52,915 nt of DNA, taken from a virus. Taxonomy: Duplodnaviria > Heunggongvirae > Uroviricota > Caudoviricetes. The stretch covers positions 1 through 52,915 of the IMG/VR virus record IMGVR_UViG_2909288124_000003, one strand, 5' to 3'. Every line of letters begins with the position of its first letter. Within the stretch, counting starts at the first letter, position 1. The position numbers and the translations under genes are program-made. Below, piece after piece: positions 9,590 through 19,687 of the stretch. A model generated the notes under the pieces. That model saw only the letters and a program-made list of their open reading frames with translations. It was not told the origin of the DNA and made no database searches.

Positions 9590-12500
9590 TGTGTCCTCCT
9601 CGAATAAAGCACGCCGCCCGCGGACATTTCTTTTTTCAGTCGCTCGGTGATTGTCTGCTGAACAATCGCCTGCAGCTGTTTCGCCGTCCCCGTGGCGTTC
9701 GCCTGATTTATGCTTCCGTCACTCCCCTGCTGGCTGATGCTGACTGGGGCATAAACACTGATCCCGCCCATGCCAGCACCGGCTGCGTTCCCGCCGCCGA
9801 CCAGACCACCCGAGGCATACCCGCGCATCAGGCGATAGAGATTAGCCACGCCGATGCGGCTGGTTGATTCTTTGGTGAAGACGAATTCCCCGCGGTGAAC
9901 GATACCGGCTGGCTCGTACTTGCCGCCGTGCCCGGTAAAACCGCCCACGTCAAAACCCTGTGGCCGGTATGACGGGACCGCGAATGACTGACCGGCAGAG
10001 GAGGTTTTCGCCCCGCCGCTAACCCAGCCCATTGCACTCTGGATGGTGTAAGCCACCAGCAGCTGGTTGATAACGGACACAATCATTTTAAGGATCGAGC
10101 TGGTGAATTCCCTGAAGCTCGCCTTCCCGGTTGTCGTCAGGCTGGTAAGCTGGCCCGCCAACCCGCTGAACGTAGCCTGAGAAATCTGCTGAACGGAGCT
10201 GAAAACGTTTGTCGCTGAATCCTGATATTCGGCCCAACCCTGTTTCGCACCGGCCAGCCAGTTTGCACGCAGGGCATCTTCAGCTTCGAACGTCGCCCTT
10301 TGCTCTTCCAGAACCTTTTGCTGCGCCTGAGGGTTGTACGAATAGCTTTCGCTGAGACGCTGCAGCGTAGTTTGTCGCCCGGCTTCCCGGGTGGATACCC
10401 CCTCAGACTGAGCCTGCAGGCCCGCCCTGGCGGCTTTTTGCTGCTGCTCAAACTTCACGGCCTGATCGGCCAGCTGGTTGAGCTTTTGCTGGCTGGCAAC
10501 CTTATCGCCCAGATCGGCCAGCTGCCGCTTGTACTCGAGCGTTTCTTCCTTGTGCGCCAGCAGGGATTTTTCCTTCACCGTAAGCTGACGACGCCCCGCG
10601 GCCTCCTGCAGAACGGTGAACTGATTTTCAGTCTGCCAGAGATCCTGACGCTGTTTGCTTATGACGTCGTTTACGCTGGTATGCTGCTCGAGCGTTTTAA
10701 GCTGGGCCTGAAGGGTGAGGAGTTCAGCCTGAGCTTTTTCCTCTGCCTTATCACCAGCAGGAGTGGTGTATCCTTTCGACTTGGGGACTTTTGGATCCTT
10801 ATAGAGTTCCTCTATCCCCTTTCTGGCCTGAGCAATCTCTGCCTTACTGAGCGGCTTAACACGCTGTCCCTCTGGAAGAAATTGCGTTTTTTTGACCAAT
10901 TCAGCATTTGTTGTGATGGCTTTATTGAGTTCCCTTTCAGCATCTGCCCTTTTCTGTGCTTTGCTCGCTCCTGCGTCCAGGTACTTGTTCAGAATCCCCT
11001 GTGCTTTCACTCCTTCAGTATTCAGCTGCTGCGATTTGACCTGTGCCTGGTTGTAACCCTCCTGTGAACGAATCACAAAAGTAAGTTCACTTTCCTTCTG
11101 ACGTAATGCAGCCAGCTCTTTTTCTGCTGCACCCCCATCACCAGTATTGCCCATTCCAAAAACACCCGGCCGGGTGTTATCCGTCAGGGTTTTTATCCGT
11201 GCCCTGACAGACTCCAGCTGATCGCTGGCCGTTTGCTGGCGACCAATACCAAGGGCGGCATCCCAGTAAGCGCCCCATGTATCCGTTACGCCACGAACAA
11301 AGCGATCTATCAGACCCAGGTTATCAAGTACCTGCTGGCTTCGCTGTTGCTCAGCAGCACTATAAGCCTGCGCGGCCTTCTCTCCTGCCGCCTCTTTATC
11401 ACCCCTGCGCTCAAGCTCGGAAATATATTGGAACTGAGCTGCCGAGAGGTAATGTAGCTGACGGTTAAGCTCTTCTGACGCCTGTGATGGCGAATCATAT
11501 AATTTCTTAAAGTTCGCGAGGGTTTTATCCACCGACTGCCCGACCGCGTCCTCCATTGCTGCAGCCGTCGTGGTGATGTATTCCAGCTGGTTTCCCCGGA
11601 ACTGCCCGCTACCAACAACCTTCGCAAGAGTGGCAGCTGCATTTCCGGTGGTAACACCTGCCGTTTCTGAAATTTTGCGAGCTAAATCGCTCAGCTGTCC
11701 GGTTGTCTTACCGGCATAATTCCCCGTCAGAATAAGCTGTTTATTAAATTCAGATGCTTCACTGCTGCCTTTGTACCAGGCAACGGCCAGTAGTGCCAGC
11801 CCCCCGACTAGCCCACCCATAGCAAGACGTACTGGAGTCAGAGCCCTCAGAAAACCTCTGCTGTGTTCTGTATTCTCCGCCAGTGCATTGGCATTTTCAG
11901 AAAGTGATTCCTCGGATTCATCTGCGGATGATTTAATCCCCAGTAACTCCTCTTTGATAATCTGGAAAAGATTACCGACTCCACCGAATGAATCGCTGAT
12001 TTGCCCGCCCTGCTGCATTAGGACCATCCACAGCGGCATTCCACCTGCTATCGAGGTTGCAATATCCGTAAACTGAGCGGGTAACATACGGATCGCCTGG
12101 CGATACTGCCCGGCACTGAGCGTTCCTCTTCTCCATGCATTTTCCTGTTCCTGAAGTCTTGCAATAAGTGGTGCAGCTTCTTCACTTACACCCAGTTGCG
12201 CGGCCTTCAGATTCAGTAATTCGGTTCTGGATAATTTTTGTTCTTCAACCTGGGATTTGAGCTGTTGGAGAAACCGGGATCGAGCCTGACTGGCTTTTTC
12301 TTCGGCCTGTTGTAGTTCTTTTTGCCGGGCCGTGGTCTGGGATATCAGCGCAAGATAATCCTGCTGCGTGATATTCCCCTGCGCACGGGCCTTCCGGAAT
12401 TGCTCCTGAACCGACGACAGAGAGTCCGTTTCTCCGGTCAGCGACCTCACGCCATCAATCTGTCGATAGAACGACGCCGCCAGCGCATCCTGTTGCTGCG

Positions 12501-12846
12501 CAAGCGCTGATGCCCGGGATGCGTTCTCCCTGAGTTGCTCACTTAATCCAGCCACTCGCTGGTAGGTTTGTTCAACGGACTCGCCGACTTTTTGCATGTC
12601 AGCGCTAAGACCAGCTGCAGCCGTTGACTGCTGAGCCAACATATCCGACATGGCCGCACCGCTGCCTGCAGCTGCATTAGCAAGCGCCGAGGCCTGCAAT
12701 TCTGCGGCCTGTTGCATACGTGTACGGACTTTTTCGGATTCGTCCCCCATTCCGGTTAGCTGCCCCTTTATACGGGCAACCTGCTCGCTAAAAGTGGCAC
12801 TGTCGACATCAAGGTTGATGACCAGGTCGCTAATCTGCTGGGCCAT
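9586..12846 (-). CDS. Tail tape measure protein (lambda H analog)
   Basis: 1086-aa Ala/Gln-rich coiled-coil protein between GT and M. Confidence 0.85.
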   Translation of the reverse strand: MAQQISDLVINLDVDSATFSEQVARIKGQLTGMGDESEKVRTRMQQAAELQASALANAAAGSGAAMSDMLAQQSTAAAGLSADMQKVGESVEQTYQRVAGLSEQLRENASRASALAQQQDALAASFYRQIDGVRSLTGETDSLSSVQEQFRKARAQGNITQQDYLALISQTTARQKELQQAEEKASQARSRFLQQLKSQVEEQKLSRTELLNLKAAQLGVSEEAAPLIARLQEQENAWRRGTLSAGQYRQAIRMLPAQFTDIATSIAGGMPLWMVLMQQGGQISDSFGGVGNLFQIIKEELLGIKSSADESEESLSENANALAENTEHSRGFLRALTPVRLAMGGLVGGLALLAVAWYKGSSEASEFNKQLILTGNYAGKTTGQLSDLARKISETAGVTTGNAAATLAKVVGSGQFRGNQLEYITTTAAAMEDAVGQSVDKTLANFKKLYDSPSQASEELNRQLHYLSAAQFQYISELERRGDKEAAGEKAAQAYSAAEQQRSQQVLDNLGLIDRFVRGVTDTWGAYWDAALGIGRQQTASDQLESVRARIKTLTDNTRPGVFGMGNTGDGGAAEKELAALRQKESELTFVIRSQEGYNQAQVKSQQLNTEGVKAQGILNKYLDAGASKAQKRADAERELNKAITTNAELVKKTQFLPEGQRVKPLSKAEIAQARKGIEELYKDPKVPKSKGYTTPAGDKAEEKAQAELLTLQAQLKTLEQHTSVNDVISKQRQDLWQTENQFTVLQEAAGRRQLTVKEKSLLAHKEETLEYKRQLADLGDKVASQQKLNQLADQAVKFEQQQKAARAGLQAQSEGVSTREAGRQTTLQRLSESYSYNPQAQQKVLEEQRATFEAEDALRANWLAGAKQGWAEYQDSATNVFSSVQQISQATFSGLAGQLTSLTTTGKASFREFTSSILKMIVSVINQLLVAYTIQSAMGWVSGGAKTSSAGQSFAVPSYRPQGFDVGGFTGHGGKYEPAGIVHRGEFVFTKESTSRIGVANLYRLMRGYASGGLVGGGNAAGAGMGGISVYAPVSISQQGSDGSINQANATGTAKQLQAIVQQTITERLKKEMSAGGVLYSRRTQ

Positions 12847-13138
12847 ATCGGATACCTCCTGTTATCCCCTCAGCGGCGGTCATCAGCGTATCATCATCCG
12901 GCTCGTCATCGCTGATGACGCTTTCCGAAGGAGAAAGCAGGCTGAAATGTGCGGGGGTAAGTTCCGGATCGCGGAAGAAAAGAGTAGAGATGGAATAAAG
13001 CAGCCCGGAGAAATGCGCATCGAGCTGTGCGTCCTGAAAATAATGCTCCCGGTAGAACAGGTGCCAGTCGCCCAGTTCACTGGAAGTCATCCCAGCCAGC
13101 ATGGCGCGCCAGTCGGGTCGACCGAACTCGCGCGCCAA
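12830..13138 (-). CDS. T extension of the tail assembly chaperone (made as a G-T fusion by -1 frameshift)
   Basis: ORF in the -1 frame relative to G and open across the G stop, in the conserved G/GT position upstream of the tape measure gene. Confidence 0.6.
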   Translation of the reverse strand: MAREFGRPDWRAMLAGMTSSELGDWHLFYREHYFQDAQLDAHFSGLLYSISTLFFRDPELTPAHFSLLSPSESVISDDEPDDDTLMTAAEGITGGIRYGPAD

Positions 13139-13152
13139 ATTCAGGACAAACT

Positions 13153-13593
13153 TCAGCTCGCTGGCAAGGGCTTTTCCGCGGTAACGGATTCTTCGTTAGC
13201 AGAGGATTCAGTTACACCCTCCACGTCCTGATGATCACCTTTCTCATCTTCAACGGGGAATAACATGCCTGATAGTAGTTTGACCTGCATTTCGGCTTTG
13301 CCGATAGCCTCCGGCGGCCAGCCGCTCAGGACCTGCTGATACAACTTTTCCACATCCGTGCCGGCCGGATCGTTATGCCACAAAGACATCGCGATCAAGC
13401 GCGCACCGCAGCGAATATTTGAACCTATCAGCCGGGTCGTGACTTCCTGATCGCTTATGCCATCGCTGTCAGCGCTGACGGCCTTCTCCTCATTTGCCAT
13501 AAACGTGAGGAACTCAATACGCTGAAGGGCCGACAGCTCGAAGATGGTCAGGGACTCTTTTTGCCAGGTGAAATTATCTTTTTTCAGAAACAT
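13153..13593 (-). CDS. Tail assembly chaperone G
   Basis: 146 aa between V and the tape measure gene, ending ...AEKPLPAS. Confidence 0.7.
   Translation of the reverse strand: MFLKKDNFTWQKESLTIFELSALQRIEFLTFMANEEKAVSADSDGISDQEVTTRLIGSNIRCGARLIAMSLWHNDPAGTDVEKLYQQVLSGWPPEAIGKAEMQVKLLSGMLFPVEDEKGDHQDVEGVTESSANEESVTAEKPLPAS
13171..13177 (-). other. Putative -1 programmed frameshift slippery site GGAAAAG (lambda GGGAAAG analog)
   Basis: Heptamer 7 codons before the G stop. The -1 frame is open from here into the T ORF. Confidence 0.45.
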
Positions 13594-13603
13594 GAGCCTT
13601 TCC

Positions 13604-14347
13604 TTATGCTGCTGTTACGGTGACTTTGCAGACCGCAACGAAATTACCGTCGCTGGTCATAACAATAATGTCAGCGGTGCCTGCCGCCACGCCGGTGACC
13701 GTGATCGCATTGCCGCTAACGGTGACCGTTGCTTTTGCCCCGTCAGAGGTTGCCACGCGGAACGAGGTATCTGAGGCGCTGGCAGGGTTAACCGTCACAT
13801 TGAGCGTTGTTGTTGCGCCGACGGCCACGCTTACCGTGGCTTTATCGAGCGTAACGCCGGTCACGGGGATATTCGGGGTCCCGCTTTCTTCTGCCAGTTC
13901 CGGCTTGCCGGTATTGGTGATTTTCGCTGTACGGGTAATGACCTCTTTTGCCGGAATGGCTTTACCCAGGCTGCTGCACCAGCCGCGGAAAACGTCGACG
14001 GTACCGTTCGGGTATTTGATTTTGTAATAGCGTACTGAGCCATCAATAAACCATGCGACCAGGTCTTTTTGCCCTTCTTCACCCGGCTTCCAGGCGAGGG
14101 TGAACGAGGTATCGCCAGCAGATTTTGCCCCCTGGGCCGTCGCGTTCCAGTCGGCATCTTCGTCGTCGAGGTAAGTGTCGTCATACGATTCGGCGGTCAT
14201 CTCGCCCGGCGTCAGCTCTTTAATTTTCGCCAGACGGTTCCAGTCGATATCCGAGAGTGGGTTAGCGAAAGCGTTGCCCGTTCCGGTGTAAAGCCAGAGT
14301 GTGGTACCGGCGCCTTTTACGGGTGCCAGCGGGTTTGGAGTAGGCAT
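13604..14347 (-). CDS. Major tail protein V with C-terminal Ig-like (Big_2) domain
   Basis: Lambda V-like N-terminus and a C-terminal Ig-like repeat ([23 protein letters not shown]). Confidence 0.8.
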   Translation of the reverse strand: MPTPNPLAPVKGAGTTLWLYTGTGNAFANPLSDIDWNRLAKIKELTPGEMTAESYDDTYLDDEDADWNATAQGAKSAGDTSFTLAWKPGEEGQKDLVAWFIDGSVRYYKIKYPNGTVDVFRGWCSSLGKAIPAKEVITRTAKITNTGKPELAEESGTPNIPVTGVTLDKATVSVAVGATTTLNVTVNPASASDTSFRVATSDGAKATVTVSGNAITVTGVAAGTADIIVMTSDGNFVAVCKVTVTAA

Positions 14348-14356
14348 AAGTACCTC

Positions 14357-14758
14357 TTAAATTGAATAGGTGATTAAGTACGTGAAATCGACAGAACCCC
14401 AGGTGGCCATTTCATCATCCCGCTGATAGTCATAACCCTGCGGGGTGAACGTCTCGACCAGTTCGGTCAGACCCGGTATGAAGGCCATTGCCGGATACAC
14501 TTTCTCTTCCATCCAGGAATCAAGCGCGCTGTCGGGGCTGGAGGCTTTAAGAAATACCTCGATGTGAACAACCGCCTGCCACGAATCTTCGTCAAGCGAA
14601 TCGCCGGTGTACTCCGCGTCTGAAAGGTAAACAGCCACGGCAGGGAGATCCTGCTCTTCAAGAAAAACAGGGCGCCCGTCAAACCAGGTGACCGTGTCGG
14701 TGATCTCGGCTTTCAGTTTTGCCAGAATGGCTGCACGAATTGCGCTGTGTCTGTTCAT
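14357..14758 (-). CDS. Tail terminator protein U
   Basis: Strong match to lambda U motifs (FDGRP, AVAVYL, AEYTG, HIEVFL, GYDY(Q/R)RDD). Confidence 0.8.
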   Translation of the reverse strand: MNRHSAIRAAILAKLKAEITDTVTWFDGRPVFLEEQDLPAVAVYLSDAEYTGDSLDEDSWQAVVHIEVFLKASSPDSALDSWMEEKVYPAMAFIPGLTELVETFTPQGYDYQRDDEMATWGSVDFTYLITYSI

Positions 14759-15333
14759 CGCTTCAGGTGAATCCTCAGTTGGTTTTTCAGGGCTGCGGAA
14801 AGTTCTTTAGGCATATCGCTTTCAATAAGGCGCTTTGAAATAGCGGTGAATGCCACGGTGAGCGGTGTCTCAAGAGGAACTTTGACCACATCAATCGGAT
14901 AACGGGCCTGACCTACGCGCCGCATGACTTGCCAGCGCCCGTTCGCAAGCTGTTGAATAAAAGCGTTACGAAAGGTATAGGGTCCGATTTTGAGGACGCT
15001 ACCCGCTCCGTTTCTGGCCCCTTTTTTACGCGAGAGCCGGACGCGCGCCGTGCCGAGCTTAATCGCGGGAAGATTACCGCGGTTGATTTTTATCGACGCG
15101 ACCGGGCGATCGTGGCGGGCCTTGCGCAGACGGGAACGCTGCCGGACCAGACGAACCGGAAGCCCCTTTTTCCGGTTATCATCAACTGTTGCTTCTTTCG
15201 CTACAGCTTTGCTCCCCTGGCTTATCGTTCTGCTGGCCACCCGGTTAAGTGCTTTTGCGGTTGCCTCAGGAACGATTAACCGGCTGAGGCTGTTCAGGTT
15301 CTGAATAGCCCTTTCCAGTCCTTTCACAGACAT
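14755..15333 (-). CDS. Tail completion protein Z
   Basis: 192 aa, same length and position as lambda Z, basic composition. Confidence 0.65.
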   Translation of the reverse strand: MSVKGLERAIQNLNSLSRLIVPEATAKALNRVASRTISQGSKAVAKEATVDDNRKKGLPVRLVRQRSRLRKARHDRPVASIKINRGNLPAIKLGTARVRLSRKKGARNGAGSVLKIGPYTFRNAFIQQLANGRWQVMRRVGQARYPIDVVKVPLETPLTVAFTAISKRLIESDMPKELSAALKNQLRIHLKR

Positions 15334-15342
15334 AGCGCCTCC

Positions 15343-15618
15343 TCATTCGAGATGGATGCGGGGTTTTCCGTTGAACATGTCATAGCGGGTAACGATCAGG
15401 TTCTTACCGTCGTAGTCGACGCTGTCGTTTCGGCGTGGCTGGTAAAGCTCAGAGAAAACCACCAGCGAAGTACCTGTTCCCGACAATGGCCCCATTTCCT
15501 CGAGTTGCTCGGCGGGAACAACGTCATAGCTGCTGCCATTGATGATCGCTGTCTTTCCCATCTTTTTTATAGTGGCCGCGTCCATGCGCGCCGCCATCCG
15601 GTCAAAGGAGTTAGGCAT
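15343..15618 (-). CDS. Head-tail connector protein (FII-like)
   Basis: Start trimmed to MPNSFDRMAARMDAATIKKMGK; resembles the lambda FII N-terminus. Confidence 0.5.
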   Translation of the reverse strand: MPNSFDRMAARMDAATIKKMGKTAIINGSSYDVVPAEQLEEMGPLSGTGTSLVVFSELYQPRRNDSVDYDGKNLIVTRYDMFNGKPRIHLE

Positions 15619-15937
15619 TGATCTTAACTTCAACAACGGTGGTGTTTGCCCCTGCATCTTCCCAGGCGATGCCCGCGGCAACGGCGTCCGTTTCTTCGAT
15701 CGTGATTTTGCCGTCCTTCAGATACACCTGCGCCCCGGCAGTAACCGCATCTGCGGATACTTTTGGCAGGAGGAAAACACCCTCAGTAAAACCGTCCCCG
15801 GTATCGCCAGCCGGGATATCGGTAATTGCCACCGCGATAAGTTTTCCAACAACAACCGGGTCGCCGCTGTGAACATCGGTTGCACCACTGTTTACCAGAG
15901 GGATCGTTTTCCCGTCCTGCGCATAGTTCTTAGCCAT
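15611..15937 (-). CDS. Head decoration/cement protein (DUF2190-like)
   Basis: 108-aa Gly/Ala/Val-rich protein immediately after the capsid gene. Confidence 0.55.
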   Translation of the reverse strand: MAKNYAQDGKTIPLVNSGATDVHSGDPVVVGKLIAVAITDIPAGDTGDGFTEGVFLLPKVSADAVTAGAQVYLKDGKITIEETDAVAAGIAWEDAGANTTVVEVKINA

Positions 15938-15978
15938 AACTTCTCCATTCAGCCCCTTTCGAGGCTGGTTTCAGGTAT

Positions 15979-15997
15979 AAAAAAAGCCCTTACGGGC
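15979..15997 (-). terminator. Rho-independent terminator/attenuator after the major capsid gene
   Basis: Minus strand GCCCGTAAGGGC hairpin followed by TTTTTTT. Confidence 0.45.
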
Positions 15998-16019
15998 GTC
16001 TGTTTGTCAGGACTGTTTT

Positions 16020-17966
16020 TTACTGACCAGAGGATTTGGTCATGCCGCGATAGTCCAGCGGCGCCACGCCAGCATCAATACGCACTTTCGTGGCGATACC
16101 ATCAGTGGTGAAGCCTTCCTGCTGATCGATGTATGGCGTGTCGACGCCGTTGAGATAAGCGACCTCAATGGTGTCGGTGCCCTTCGCGGCAGCCAGATAC
16201 CAGGCTTTCGCATCAGCTTCATCCAGACGTGGTTCGGCAATGACTTCTGCAAAGTTCTGGATAGGGTTAACGATCCCGGCATTGATGTCTGCACCTTTAA
16301 CACTGGCCGACTTGATGGTCTGATTTGCCAGAGTTTCCAGGGCGACGGGCACCAGCATGTAGGCCGGACGGATATTCAGGGTTCGCTCCCCCTCCTTCTG
16401 CAGACGCATCAGCTTGCGCGATTCGTCCAGGCTGGCCACAGAAATTGCACCCGAGCTCAGGTTCTTGTGATCGGCATGGAACAGCGCCTTTCCGTCTGAG
16501 AGTTTCGGGTTTTTGGTCAGAATGGCGTAAACCAGATCGCCAATCGTTGCTTTCGCCGCGCGCCCCATCTTCATCGGTACGTCGGTAAGCTGGTTCAGAT
16601 CGTCGTTGATGATCGCCTGGCGAGTTACTGAGAAGATTTCACCATACGTGGCAAGCGCGATGGTTTCGCCTTTGTCACTGGTAGTGATGTACTTGTACTC
16701 AGCCCCTTCGCGAACCTGTCGCAGAGAAGGGAACCCACCCATACCGACACGATGCGCCGTTTTGAAGTCCGACAGCTGGCCTTTTTTGGTCCACTGCTCG
16801 AAGGTTTCCTGCGCCTCGTCCCAGCCCTGAATCAGCGCTTTGTTCGCAACATCAAGCAGAATGTTGCCAAAGTCAGAGGTGCTGTGGGTCAGCGCCAGGC
16901 CAACCATCTGCATCGGGTTGTAGCTGGCCACGCCGATACCTTTTTCTGTCAGGGCCATACGCGCATACTCGCGCAGCGTCATACCGTTATAAACGTTATC
17001 CCGCTCCTGACCTTCGAACCCGGCACGCGCCATCAGTGCCTGGCGAATACCATCCGCGACGAAGTTACCGTTGCCCGCATGAATATGCGGCTGAGTGGTT
17101 TTATTGGACGGCGTGGCCGTTTTACCGAGTTCTGCCAGCAGCAAATCTTTCGCCTTATCGACGGAGCAATCAGGGTCGGCCACACACTGATTCTGCAGTT
17201 CCATGTGCTTATTACCGAACATGGCAAAGAGATCGCCGATAGCGTTAACACGGGTTTTCTGCTCAGCCAACACCTGCGCGCGGATCGCATTTTCATCCGG
17301 TGCCGGGTCTGTTTTTGCCTGCGGTGCCTGAGGCTGGGTAATAACCGGGTCACGCTGGGTAGTGTTGCGCGGCGGGGTGATCATGTTGCGAATGCTTTTT
17401 GGCATTTTTTCAAATTCCTCAATACGTTTTGAATGAATACAGGCCATAGCCTGAAGGGATGGTGTCACCTGGTCGGCAAAACCCAGTTCAAGGCACTCGC
17501 TGCCGTTCATCCAGGTTTCGTCCTCCAGCATTGCCGCAATTTCTTCGGTGGATTTTCCGGTTTTCTGTGCATAAGCCGGGATAAGAACGGATTCAACCTT
17601 GTCGAGAAGATCCGCATAGTCGCGCATATCGCTCGCGTCACCACCAGCAAACCCCCAGGGCTTATGGATCATCATCATCGTGTTTTCAGGCATGATGACC
17701 GGATTGCCTACCATCGCAATCACCGAGGCCATGGAGGCCGCCAGACCGTCGATATGTACGGTAATCGCCGCGCCGTGGTGCTTCAGCGCGTTATAAATAG
17801 CAATTCCGTCGAAGACATCACCACCGGGCGAGTTGATATAAAGGTTGATGTGGGTGACGTCCCCAAGTGCCCGGAGATCATTGACGAACTGTTTCGCCGT
17901 TACGCCCCAGTACCCGATTTCGTCATAAATAAAAATGTCGGCCTCACTGTTATTGCTGGCCTGCAT
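16020..17966 (-). CDS. Prohead protease (ClpP-like) fused to major capsid protein
   Basis: N-terminal ClpP-like region (INSPGGDVFDGIAIYNAL, MASVIAM) and C-terminal HK97-fold capsid region. Start trimmed to MQASNNSE just after the portal stop. Confidence 0.75.
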   Translation of the reverse strand: MQASNNSEADIFIYDEIGYWGVTAKQFVNDLRALGDVTHINLYINSPGGDVFDGIAIYNALKHHGAAITVHIDGLAASMASVIAMVGNPVIMPENTMMMIHKPWGFAGGDASDMRDYADLLDKVESVLIPAYAQKTGKSTEEIAAMLEDETWMNGSECLELGFADQVTPSLQAMACIHSKRIEEFEKMPKSIRNMITPPRNTTQRDPVITQPQAPQAKTDPAPDENAIRAQVLAEQKTRVNAIGDLFAMFGNKHMELQNQCVADPDCSVDKAKDLLLAELGKTATPSNKTTQPHIHAGNGNFVADGIRQALMARAGFEGQERDNVYNGMTLREYARMALTEKGIGVASYNPMQMVGLALTHSTSDFGNILLDVANKALIQGWDEAQETFEQWTKKGQLSDFKTAHRVGMGGFPSLRQVREGAEYKYITTSDKGETIALATYGEIFSVTRQAIINDDLNQLTDVPMKMGRAAKATIGDLVYAILTKNPKLSDGKALFHADHKNLSSGAISVASLDESRKLMRLQKEGERTLNIRPAYMLVPVALETLANQTIKSASVKGADINAGIVNPIQNFAEVIAEPRLDEADAKAWYLAAAKGTDTIEVAYLNGVDTPYIDQQEGFTTDGIATKVRIDAGVAPLDYRGMTKSSGQ

Positions 17967-17979
17967 GCGGAACCACGAA

Positions 17980-19479
17980 TTACTTTTTGCGCTGGCTTTC
18001 GGACGGTGGCGCGCCCGGTTCTTTGGCTTCGGCACTGGTGCCTCCTTTATCATTGGCGGGGTCGGTGTCAAACACCAGGCCCTGTTCACGGTTCTCGTCA
18101 ACCTCAGCTTTACGGCGTGACTTAACATCATCCGGGTTGCGACCGCTGGCACGTATCCAGTCGGATTCAGTAGCAGCACCGCCGCGGATCTGCGTTTTCC
18201 AGGCATTCGCTTCTTTAACGGGATCAATCCACGGCATAACGGGCCCCGAATAAACCGCGTTATAAAGCGAGTCCATATCAATGCCTCTCGGCAGCTTGAT
18301 TTCTCCGGCAGCAATAGCCATCTTGAGCCAGGCTCGGTACATGGGCCGGGTCACTGAACCGATGAACCAGTCCTGAAGAATCAGATAGCCGTCGGTTGAC
18401 TCGACAAGCTCCTGCCGCTGGGCACTGTACGTTCCGTTGTAGTTTCTGGATGTGCTGGAAAAGCTGAGGCGACTGCCGGCGGACACGGCACGCAGCTGTC
18501 CGTTACGAAACGATTCGAGGTTAGGGTTCGGGCGATCGGATTTAATCATCCCGATTTCTTCCCCGGCCTGCAGTTCGTCATAGAGCATACCGGGCTGAAT
18601 CATCAGCTCGCGGTCATCGCTGCTTGAATCAGAATCGAAGCTCTGTCCGTCGCCTTTTTTGATATACATGCCGAGTGCCGCAGCAATTCTGGCAGCAGTA
18701 AGCTCCGAGTCCTCGTATTCTTTCAGCGCGCTCAGACGCATCAGAACACCAGACAAAAGAGACGTTCCGCGGGTCTGGTGCAGGCGTCGGGTGAATTTGA
18801 GATGCAGCATGTTCTCTGCATCTATCTCTTTGGTATCAAACTGACGCCCGGATACTGGCAGGCTTTTATAGACCTGATATTTTTTCGGGCGTCCCCAGTT
18901 ATCGACAAAAACGCCCTGATTGAGCTGGGTGGCAGCATCGCTGTTCATCGGCACAAAGTCCGGCTCCAGCGCTTCCAGCCAGAACGGCACGCCAGCAACC
19001 GGCTGAAGACCATTTCCGGTACCGCGAACCAGCTGAGCAAATACCTCACCGTCCCGGAGCCACGTTCGCAGCATCAGCCGCTCCAGCATTGGGCGGGTAA
19101 ACTGGGTTGTGACATCTGGCCTTACGGACCATTCGCCCCACTTTCGGCGGATATCAGTGGCCAGCTTTTTAGCGATCTTCCCGTTACTCAGCATCGGATG
19201 CGGTTCAACTATGATGCCCTTCGCACCCACCACCCTTTCTTCCAGCTTGTCGAAAACGCCGATCACCAGATCGTGGTTGTTATCCAGCCAGCGCGCCTGC
19301 TGCCTCAGCGAAACCGCCCCCATCTGGCTGAGCTGATCGGCTGAACGATTTTCCTTCTGGGCTTTGTGGGTACGCGTTTGCTTTACCGCCTCATACGCTT
19401 TAATAACTGCGCGGGCACGCAGGCGTGAGGCTTTCCAGCCTGGTGAAAACAGGCCAATCGCATCATCTAAAAAACTCAT
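17980..19479 (-). CDS. Portal protein (lambda B-like)
   Basis: 499 aa located between W and the protease-capsid gene. Confidence 0.8.
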   Translation of the reverse strand: MSFLDDAIGLFSPGWKASRLRARAVIKAYEAVKQTRTHKAQKENRSADQLSQMGAVSLRQQARWLDNNHDLVIGVFDKLEERVVGAKGIIVEPHPMLSNGKIAKKLATDIRRKWGEWSVRPDVTTQFTRPMLERLMLRTWLRDGEVFAQLVRGTGNGLQPVAGVPFWLEALEPDFVPMNSDAATQLNQGVFVDNWGRPKKYQVYKSLPVSGRQFDTKEIDAENMLHLKFTRRLHQTRGTSLLSGVLMRLSALKEYEDSELTAARIAAALGMYIKKGDGQSFDSDSSSDDRELMIQPGMLYDELQAGEEIGMIKSDRPNPNLESFRNGQLRAVSAGSRLSFSSTSRNYNGTYSAQRQELVESTDGYLILQDWFIGSVTRPMYRAWLKMAIAAGEIKLPRGIDMDSLYNAVYSGPVMPWIDPVKEANAWKTQIRGGAATESDWIRASGRNPDDVKSRRKAEVDENREQGLVFDTDPANDKGGTSAEAKEPGAPPSESQRKK

Positions 19480-19667
19480 CCAAACCTCGCCAGCCTGTAG
19501 CCGGGTCGCCCACGGCGTTTGTTATTGAGCGTTGCCAGTCGTCGCTCCCATTCCTGACGGCCTTTTCTGATTTCCGACAGGTTTTCGAGCGTCATCTGTT
19601 GCCCGTTGAAAGTGATTGATTTCCCCTCCAGAACAGACAGCTCGGCTGCAGCATAGCGGTCGATCAT
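19476..19667 (-). CDS. Head-tail joining protein W-like
   Basis: Small ORF between terminase and portal. Start trimmed to MIDRYAAAEL so it does not overlap the terminase. Confidence 0.5.
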   Translation of the reverse strand: MIDRYAAAELSVLEGKSITFNGQQMTLENLSEIRKGRQEWERRLATLNNKRRGRPGYRLARFG

Positions 19668-19687
19668 GTTTTGAATATCTGCTGGAT

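Noticed and set aside
9828-12510. ORFs overlapping the tape measure gene, including a 255-aa plus-strand ORF at 10300..11067
   Set aside because: They lie antisense or out of frame within the tape measure gene; the Leu/Arg-rich composition is expected from the reverse complement of an Ala/Gln-rich coiled coil.
16752-18125. Plus-strand ORFs of 226 and 230 aa antisense to the capsid and portal genes
   Set aside because: They are embedded antisense in strongly supported morphogenesis genes.
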